DNA of 44,163 nt from IMG/VR virus record IMGVR_UViG_3300045988_126665; one strand, written 5' to 3'. The stretch comes from a virus. The translations under genes were made by a program, and so were the position numbers. This document shows positions 7,452 to 13,180 of this stretch, piece after piece. The notes below the pieces were generated by a model. It made no database searches and had not been told where the DNA came from. It worked only from the letters and a program-made list of their open reading frames with translations. The stretch's first letter is position 1. Each line of letters starts with the position of its first letter.

Positions 7452-8190
7452 AGATTGCCTTACAGGGATGATGAAAATACCCGACAGGTCGGTGGACTTA
7501 ATCTTGTGCGACTTGCCTTATGGCGGAGCAATCAAGCGAGGAGGAGTGGAGTGGGATGAGAAGATAGACCTTGATGCGTTGTGGAGGGAGTATAGGCGAG
7601 TAATCAAGAAAGGCGGCAACATCCTATTCTTTGCATCGGGGACATTTGTAGCGAGTGTTATTGCGAGCAATCCAAAGTGGTATAGGTACAATTTGGTATG
7701 GGTTAAAAATCGTATTTCGGATTTCTTCCACGCAAGCCAAAAGCCTATGAGTAAACACGAGGACATTTTGGTATTCGGAGCGAAAGGAAAGCACACCTAC
7801 AATAGCGGAGTGGTATCATCCCGAGGAGCCGAATACACGAAGGGCGGAGGAAAGTGCTATGCAGGGAGCATAAGGCGGAGCGGAGAAAGAAAGTCCAAAC
7901 GCAACTACCCTACCACGATACTTGAATACGCAAGCGTCCAAAAGCAGAGGGTCGCATCCGAGAAGCCGTTGGGGCTTGTGCGTAAGCTGGTGAGGATGTA
8001 TTCCAACGAGGGAGATGTAGTGTTAGACCCTTGCGTCGGGAGCGGCACCACGATAGTCGCTTGCAGGTTGGAGGGAAGAAACTACATTGGATTTGAGAAG
8101 AACGAAGAAAATTTTAAGATAGCATCCATTCGGATTGCGGAGTTTGCATCCGAGGCGGAAAATAAAAAATTGTTTGAAAATTATGGGTAA
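7429..8190 (+). CDS. DNA methyltransferase, N6-adenine/N4-cytosine (beta class, motif IV before motif I)
   Basis: 253 aa; DLILCDLPYG (D/SPPY-type motif IV) precedes VLDPCVGSGTT (FxGxG AdoMet motif I); no nuclease partner nearby. Confidence 0.9.
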   Translation: MLNEIHNEDCLTGMMKIPDRSVDLILCDLPYGGAIKRGGVEWDEKIDLDALWREYRRVIKKGGNILFFASGTFVASVIASNPKWYRYNLVWVKNRISDFFHASQKPMSKHEDILVFGAKGKHTYNSGVVSSRGAEYTKGGGKCYAGSIRRSGERKSKRNYPTTILEYASVQKQRVASEKPLGLVRKLVRMYSNEGDVVLDPCVGSGTTIVACRLEGRNYIGFEKNEENFKIASIRIAEFASEAENKKLFENYG

Positions 8191-8467
8191 CAGGTTAAAG
8201 GGGTTTTTGCGCCTGAGTGCAATCCCCAAGAATTTAGTGCAGACCACCAAGAGTGGTGCAAAGGGTGTGTATATTTCGGTGTCCGAATTGAGAGAAAAAG
8301 GAAAATTCGGGGAGACGCACACGGTAACCATCTGGGATAAGGATGCGAAGAAAGCAGTATATATTTGCGACCTTAAGCCAGATGATTGGGAAGACAGGAA
8401 GGGGGCTGAAAATTCACGAGTTGAAAATTCACGGACTGACGGGGGAAACGATGACTTGCTGTTCTGA
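8183..8467 (+). CDS. Small SSB-like protein, putative (acidic C-terminal tip DDLLF)
   Basis: 94 aa from ATG 8183; C-terminus GGNDDLLF resembles the SSB acidic tip; the last 20 codons are built from the AAAATTCAC repeats (ENSRVENSR). Confidence 0.35.
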   Translation: MGNRLKGFLRLSAIPKNLVQTTKSGAKGVYISVSELREKGKFGETHTVTIWDKDAKKAVYICDLKPDDWEDRKGAENSRVENSRTDGGNDDLLF

Positions 8468-8551
8468 GCGAAGAAAGCTAAAAATTTCGGGTGGGGTGGA
8501 AAATTCACTTCACCCGTTTTTCTTTCGAAAATTCACGGACTAAAAATTCAC
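8409..8551 (+). repeat. Five direct copies of AAAATTCAC (three extended to GAAAATTCACGGA); iteron-like
   Basis: Copies at 8409, 8424, 8500, 8528, 8543; further isolated copies at 10947 and 38961. Confidence 0.85.
8488..8525 (+). terminator. Intrinsic terminator candidate ending the early/replication operon
   Basis: CGGGTG...CACCCG stem (8488-8493 / 8511-8516) followed by TTTTTCTTT. Confidence 0.5.
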
Positions 8552-8558
8552 GGAGGTA

Positions 8559-8597
8559 GTGCCGGCTGTCTGTGCCGGCTATCTGTGCCGGCTATCC
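8559..8597 (+). repeat. 3 x 13-bp perfect-phase tandem repeat GTGCCGGCTRTCY
   Basis: 8559-8571, 8572-8584, 8585-8597; each contains the palindrome GCCGGC. Confidence 0.9.
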
Positions 8598-8607
8598 CTG
8601 TGGGTGC

Positions 8608-8624
8608 GTGCGTATAATACGCAC
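8608..8624. repeat. Inverted repeat GTGCGTA-taa-TACGCAC
   Basis: 7-bp perfect arms read directly. Confidence 0.8.
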
Positions 8625-8658
8625 GAATGTGCGGAGGCATACCCGTGGGTATCTGAGT

Positions 8659-8692
8659 TGTCCTTTTGTCGAGTATTCAGGCGAAAAGGACA
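8659..8692. repeat. 9-bp perfect inverted repeat TGTCCTTTT ... AAAAGGACA (16-nt spacer)
   Basis: Arms 8659-8667 and 8684-8692; no flanking T-tract, so not an obvious terminator. Confidence 0.8.
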
Positions 8693-8695
8693 AAA

Positions 8696-8791
8696 ACGGC
8701 CTAAATTCGGACTTATACGGCCTTATTGGTATAAGACTACCAAAACGGATTATAAACCCAAAGAAACGGCCTAAAATTAAGTCGTACGGCC
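8696..8791 (+). repeat. Four dispersed copies of ACGGCC (three as AACGGCCTAAA / TACGGCCTTA)
   Basis: Copies at 8696, 8717, 8766, 8786. Confidence 0.75.
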
Positions 8792-8821
8792 GTGTTCGTT
8801 TCTTGTCAGTAAGTCAAAGAG

Positions 8822-8857
8822 TATAAAGAGAAAGAAAGTAGGCACAAGTGGCCTACT
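8822..8857 (-). terminator. Intrinsic terminator of the AAA+ operon
   Basis: Minus-strand hairpin AGTAGGC-cacttgt-GCCTACT (8837-8857) followed by TTCTTTCTCTTT. Confidence 0.65.
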
Positions 8858-9629
8858 TTGCGTTTTCGATTGTTTCGATGTTATAATAGTCAAAGTTTGG
8901 AAAATTTTTAATCATTAAACCTTTTGCGAAAGAAGTGGAAAGGGTAGTGCCGTATCCGTTGGAATATGCTTGTATATTAGCCCTTTCCTCCAGTGCGAAA
9001 ACAACACGACGTAAAAAAGACGGGTGGCAAAGTGGAAAGGCCGTGCGAAGTAGATCAAAGTGTTCATCGGACGATTTTAGTTTAACACTCCACATAATAT
9101 ACTGTTTAATAGTTCGGAAATAAACTAAACAGCACGCAAAAAGGTTCACCCGGTAGCCTTCGGCCTCTTTTGCGTATATGTAATTAAATAGCTTTGTGGA
9201 GGCTTTGAGAATTTCATTTGCCGGGGTTGTTTGAGGGGTGGAAATGTCGTATATGATATTAAGTATCTTTGCGGACTTTGTGAAAGTTCGACGACAATTA
9301 TACATATTTACCGGATGCCCGGCCATTACCGCCCCTATATTCGGAACAAAGCCTTGCGCGGATCGGTATATCTCAATTCCGGAAGTCTTTTGCCTTTGTG
9401 CGTTTAATTTAGGTGTGTTCGGGGCTGCTAGTATTTTCTTTAATAGTTCGTTATCTCCATTTTGCAAAAGGGATAAAGCCTCTTCGAGGCTTTTTGTACC
9501 GGAAAATATGAAACTTCTTTCTGAAACATCATCAGAAGTGCGGTTTTTCTCACAGTTCGGAGTGCGCTCGATATATTTGCATACTTCCTGAACTGAATTA
9601 AAAGTAAAAATTTTGTCTATTTTCTCCAT
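8853..9629 (-). CDS. Hypothetical 258-aa partner of the AAA+ ATPase (possible degenerate vWA-like adaptor)
   Basis: Starts 8 nt after the ATPase stop, same operon; KILNIIYDISTPQT is only a weak MIDAS-like match. Confidence 0.7.
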   Translation of the reverse strand: MEKIDKIFTFNSVQEVCKYIERTPNCEKNRTSDDVSERSFIFSGTKSLEEALSLLQNGDNELLKKILAAPNTPKLNAQRQKTSGIEIYRSAQGFVPNIGAVMAGHPVNMYNCRRTFTKSAKILNIIYDISTPQTTPANEILKASTKLFNYIYAKEAEGYRVNLFACCLVYFRTIKQYIMWSVKLKSSDEHFDLLRTAFPLCHPSFLRRVVFALEERANIQAYSNGYGTTLSTSFAKGLMIKNFPNFDYYNIETIENAK

Positions 9630-9637
9630 ATCCGTAA

Positions 9638-10873
9638 CTATTTAGCAAGATTCGCAAGTGCTTTTGTATATTCGTTGTTGTTATCCATACGGCAAACGAG
9701 TTCGGAAATAACATCCTTTGAAAGTCCTTTCACAAGAGTGTTATCCAGTACCGTAGCTTTATTCATTTCCCTGAACTTATAAAGGCGTGCAATAAGTCTG
9801 TATCCGCAAATAAGGTGTATTTTTGTGTCCTTTGCTGCAAGTCGGAGGCCGTGAACAAAGCTAAAAATTTCCATATCATTACCGCAAAGGGCTTTTTCAA
9901 TTCTTTCATCATAGTCCACGGGGATAAAAATAAACCTATCTCGACTACTTTCATCCATCTGGAAACGGCCACAATATTCCTCAGTAGCGCCTAAACCGTT
10001 GGTGTTACCGGCTGCAGCACAGTAAAAATTTTCGTGCTTTTTCACTTTGCCACAGTTCGGAAAGGTGAAATAGCCGTTTGCGAGTGCTGCATTTAGAGCA
10101 ATGATAGCCTCCGCCGTGGAGTTGTCCAGTTCATCGAACATTATTAAACCGCCCTTTGTCCACGCCTCGTAAAAGGGCGTATTTTGATAGTTTCCGTTTG
10201 CGTCGGTGTATCCCGACAAATCGAACTTTGTCAAGATGGTATTTTGGTAGTAAAAATCCACATTCAAAGCCTTTGCAAGTTGCTCGCAAATAACATTCTT
10301 TCCAGAACCCGCAGGGCCGTAAAAGTATATATTTTCGCCCGCGCAAAGGTATGAAAGTGCATCAGGGAATATTTTATGTGTTAGCCCTTCTACTTTTGCC
10401 GTGCCTTTAGGCGTTTTCACCTCCAGAGCGGCCGATGATGGTGCGTTCTTTTTGAGGTCATCTATTTGCGCTTGTAGACTGGATATAACAGTATTTTGCA
10501 AGTAATCTACAAGCGGATCAAGTAGTCCGTTCGGGGTTGTTGTGTTTGTCTGTTTCATTTCAGTTTCTTTTTTAGTTTCCATTTTTTGAGTTGTGGGTTT
10601 CGGTTCACTTTTTGGGTTTACACCGACTTTTTTTGCGCAAAGTAGTAGAGGGGTGCGCGAATTGGCATTGAGTGCAAAATTTACCTCCACCATCGCATCA
10701 TCATTCTGAACTACCAAAGTAGCACAAGAAGATGAACCGTATCGAGGATGGCCAGGAACGCCAAAAAATTTAGTCTCTTCTGGAATGTTGTTTTTTGTTA
10801 CATAGTTCAGGACCTCAATTTGGAGGGCTGTAAAATTACCCCTGAGGGGTTTGTCTGTAAGTGTTTTAAGCAT
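9638..10873 (-). CDS. AAA+ ATPase, MoxR/CobS (AAA_5)-like, with unknown ~190-aa N-terminal region
   Basis: Walker A YGPAGSGKN (Asn in place of Ser/Thr), Walker B LIMFDELD, sensor AAAGNTNG, Arg motif SSRDRF; the listed 10909 start is TTG inside the promoter box, first ATG is 10873. Confidence 0.85.
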   Translation of the reverse strand: MLKTLTDKPLRGNFTALQIEVLNYVTKNNIPEETKFFGVPGHPRYGSSSCATLVVQNDDAMVEVNFALNANSRTPLLLCAKKVGVNPKSEPKPTTQKMETKKETEMKQTNTTTPNGLLDPLVDYLQNTVISSLQAQIDDLKKNAPSSAALEVKTPKGTAKVEGLTHKIFPDALSYLCAGENIYFYGPAGSGKNVICEQLAKALNVDFYYQNTILTKFDLSGYTDANGNYQNTPFYEAWTKGGLIMFDELDNSTAEAIIALNAALANGYFTFPNCGKVKKHENFYCAAAGNTNGLGATEEYCGRFQMDESSRDRFIFIPVDYDERIEKALCGNDMEIFSFVHGLRLAAKDTKIHLICGYRLIARLYKFREMNKATVLDNTLVKGLSKDVISELVCRMDNNNEYTKALANLAK

Positions 10874-10874
10874 A

Positions 10875-11067
10875 TCTAAAAATTTTGATTGTTGTCGTTT
10901 CGGATGCAAAGGTAGTTATTATTTTCGTAACTGCAAATTTTTTTGAAAAATTCACTCAAATAATTTGCATAAACTTTGATGAAAAATAAAAATAATTGTC
11001 TAAAAATTAGCTGTTTACAAAAGTAAAAATTTCCGTCTAAAAATTTCGGTTGGAGAAATCTAAAAAT
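10875..11067 (+). repeat. Four copies of TCTAAAAAT around the AAA+ operon promoter
   Basis: Copies at 10875, 10999, 11036, 11059. Confidence 0.7.
10907..10914 (-). promoter_or_regulatory. Bacteroidota-type -7 box TACCTTTG (minus strand) for the AAA+ operon
   Basis: Plus-strand CAAAGGTA; 34 nt upstream of ATG 10873. Confidence 0.6.
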
Positions 11068-11097
11068 ACCCGCCGGGGGTGTTGTGCCTGTTTGCTC

Positions 11098-11133
11098 GGG
11101 GTTCAGGGGTTCAGGCGGTGCAGCCGTGCAGCC
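11098..11133 (+). repeat. Two adjacent tandem octamer duplications GGGGTTCA x2 and GTGCAGCC x2
   Basis: 11098-11113 and 11118-11133 read directly. Confidence 0.85.
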
Positions 11134-11230
11134 GTGGAGAGCCTCCAGTAATCGAGTGGTCAGTTCAAACAAACCCACGGAGTGAAAAAAGCCCTTTATT
11201 TGCGTTTATAGGTTGTTGGTGGTATCGTTA

Positions 11231-11238
11231 TACCTTTG
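11231..11238 (+). promoter_or_regulatory. Orphan plus-strand -7 box TACCTTTG inside the minus-strand island
   Basis: TAnnTTTG; no credible ORF before the hairpin at 11322. Confidence 0.45.
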
Positions 11239-11321
11239 CGACATATAAAGCCGTTTATTTGCCCTCAAATTGAGTTACACGGCAAAAGACAGAAAGACAA
11301 GGACCGAATAAAAAAGAAAAA

Positions 11322-11339
11322 AGCCCCTCGAAAGGGGCT
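11322..11339. terminator. GC hairpin AGCCCCT-cgaa-AGGGGCT; terminator for the minus small-ORF operon, possibly bidirectional
   Basis: 7-bp stem; on the minus strand it is followed by TTTTTTCTTTTTTATT. Confidence 0.7.
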
Positions 11340-11362
11340 AAGCTATTTAATTCGCACAATTT

Positions 11363-11524
11363 TTATACAACGTCCAGTATCAGCCAAAATTCTAACTCCT
11401 TTATATAAAGGCTTATAAGATTGTAAAAGGGCCCAAGCCTCAAGCGTTGCACAATATAAAGGTTCATCTTCGGCAAAAAATCTGATATATAAAGAGATTT
11501 GTAATTTTCTGTTTTTCTTTTCAT
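11363..11524 (-). CDS. Hypothetical small protein (53 aa)
   Basis: ATG 11524 lies 21 nt after the upstream stop; ends 24 nt before the terminator hairpin; below the ORF-track cut-off. Confidence 0.35.
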   Translation of the reverse strand: MKRKTENYKSLYISDFLPKMNLYIVQRLRLGPFYNLISLYIKELEFWLILDVV

Positions 11525-11545
11525 AACATCTTAATTTTAAGGGGT

Positions 11546-11824
11546 TTATAAAATTATATACGAGTTATAAGCCGTCTCCACCCGCAAGCCCTCGGCCGTT
11601 TCAAAGGCGTAGGTGAAAAAGTTACAAGTATGAGATATGATATAACCTAAACTTGTAGCATTCTCTTCTTGCCTTTTTTTTTCGCAAAGGAATAAGGCCC
11701 TTTTTTTCGCCGAACTGCAAGATGCATAAACGTCGTGTAAAGATGTAACATGATTTTGCCTTGAAATCTCGAAAGCGTGCAAAAACTGAAGTCCTTTTTG
11801 TGAATTTTTAGAAATGTGTTTCAT
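11546..11824 (-). CDS. Hypothetical protein (92 aa)
   Basis: ORF with its own promoter box at 11893-11900. Confidence 0.6.
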   Translation of the reverse strand: MKHISKNSQKGLQFLHAFEISRQNHVTSLHDVYASCSSAKKRALFLCEKKRQEENATSLGYIISHTCNFFTYAFETAEGLRVETAYNSYIIL

Positions 11825-11892
11825 AAATAAAATTTTTTAATAAGTAAGTAAATAAATATCATTGTTCAGGCTTTCCTCTCTGAACTCGATTG

Positions 11893-11900
11893 CAAAGGTA
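11893..11900 (-). promoter_or_regulatory. Bacteroidota-type -7 box TACCTTTG (minus strand)
   Basis: Plus-strand CAAAGGTA upstream of the 11824 start; hairpin GTTCAG...CTGAAC lies in the leader. Confidence 0.55.
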
Positions 11901-12307
11901 TAACGGATTTTCGATATATGCAAATTTTCTATTAAATTTTCTTCACCTTTTTTGCATATATTTTATTATGTTCTTGAGTTTCAATAGGTTGCAAGGTTAA
12001 AATTTTTTTGAGCGAAATAAGAAAATACAGATAAACGCAGCTACTTATATCTCTGGATGCAGTAGGTTGTTTACGCCTTTATTTGTATATATGTAGCTAG
12101 GTTGCTTTCGCTTTTGTAGGGGGTTACCTTTCGTGATGCGCTTATTACTTTCACGTCCCCAAAATGTAATCCTCTCATTTTCACCCACTTAAACCCCGAT
12201 ACTTATAGTATTACTTTAAGTAGAACGCACCACGGAGCGCACTCAGATAGCACCCAAAGAAAGGCGCAAAGCCAGCCAGAAGGGGCGCTAGCGAAGTAGC
12301 TCAAAAT

Positions 12308-12385
12308 ATACAAAAAGTCGCTTTTTTGCCGTTTTGGTCTCCGAAAACACGGGGAAAACACTTTTTGGGACTTACAAAAAGTCGC
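12308..12385 (+). repeat. Direct repeat TACAAAAAGTCGC x2, 64 bp apart
   Basis: 12309-12321 and 12373-12385. Confidence 0.8.
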
Positions 12386-12432
12386 ATTTTAGGCAAAAAG
12401 GGGCAAAAGATGATAAAGGGGCGTTACACATC

Positions 12433-12472
12433 TGGACATCTGGACGCCTGGACGCCTGGACGCCTGGACGCT
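12433..12472 (+). repeat. 5 x 8-bp tandem repeat TGGACRYC (TGGACATC, TGGACGCC x3, TGGACGCT); pac/terS-site candidate
   Basis: Perfect head-to-tail phase, 175 nt upstream of terS. Confidence 0.9.
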
Positions 12473-12541
12473 CGGTGCGTCAAGCACTTCGGAGAGCAGC
12501 CACGGGGCGACATAACTAACAAGGTGGGGGCTAATCTGACA

Positions 12542-12572
12542 CCCCCGGGGGCGGAGCGGTGGAGGGGGGGGG
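12542..12572. repeat. C5G5 palindrome (12542-12551) and G9 homopolymer (12564-12572)
   Basis: Read directly; the most GC-rich patch of the window. Confidence 0.85.
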
Positions 12573-12619
12573 AGTTAGTCCGCCCATAGTGCGCGGTACT
12601 AAAATTAAGAAATAAAGTG

Positions 12620-12627
12620 TATCTTTG
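12620..12627 (+). promoter_or_regulatory. Bacteroidota-type -7 box TATCTTTG for terS-terL
   Basis: TAnnTTTG 20 nt upstream of ATG 12647; GGAGG at 12635-12639. Confidence 0.55.
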
Positions 12628-12646
12628 TGAGAAAGGAGGAAAGAAA

Positions 12647-13180
12647 ATGGGAAAATTGGACAATACATCAGTAGAGCGGAGGGTAGGAGTGATGCGAGAT
12701 TTGTCGGAGGGTGAGACTATGAGTGCGGTTGCGAGGAAGTACGGGATGGGGAGTAATACTGTGAGGGACATCAGGGGGGAGGCATTAGAGGCTTGGAGAG
12801 AGGCGAACATAGGGGCGATGGACGATATGATAAGTAGGGAGATGATGCGTATAGACAGTTTGGAGGAGGTAGTGATGCGGGACTACGAGAACAGCAAGCG
12901 TTCGTTAAAGCCTATGGAGTATGCGGCATTGATGGCGAGGGGGTTGAGTATGGACGAGATAGACGAGTGTTTTGCGAGCAGGCCTCAGAGTGGAGACCCG
13001 AGGTACTTGGACACTTTGTTGCGCATTGGGATGCAGAGGATGCGATTGATAGGTGCGGTTGGCAGGAGTGATAGGCGGAAGCAGACTATCAACCAGTACA
13101 ACTTCGGGAATTTGAGTGAGGAGGATATGCGCAGGATAGTTGGAGAGATGCAGGACGGCAAGTACAGGGAGGGCAGGTGA
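12647..13180 (+). CDS. terS: Terminase small subunit, putative
   Basis: 177 aa from first ATG (the listed 12617 start is GTG upstream of the promoter box); N-terminal HTH-like SAVARKYGMGSNTVRDI; stop overlaps terL start. Confidence 0.6.
   Translation: MGKLDNTSVERRVGVMRDLSEGETMSAVARKYGMGSNTVRDIRGEALEAWREANIGAMDDMISREMMRIDSLEEVVMRDYENSKRSLKPMEYAALMARGLSMDEIDECFASRPQSGDPRYLDTLLRIGMQRMRLIGAVGRSDRRKQTINQYNFGNLSEEDMRRIVGEMQDGKYREGR

Noticed and set aside
8559-8826. ORFs 8559-8774 and 8572-8826 on the plus strand.
   Set aside because: Both start at GTG codons generated by the 13-bp tandem repeat and traverse palindromes and iteron-like motifs downstream of a terminator. The sequences look like translated repeats.
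12326-12810. ORFs 12326-12589 (+), 12334-12519 (+) and 12424-12810 (-) upstream of terS.
   Set aside because: They are open only because of the GC-rich tandem octamers and homopolymers. They overlap each other and the terS promoter and start, and they have no coding-like features.
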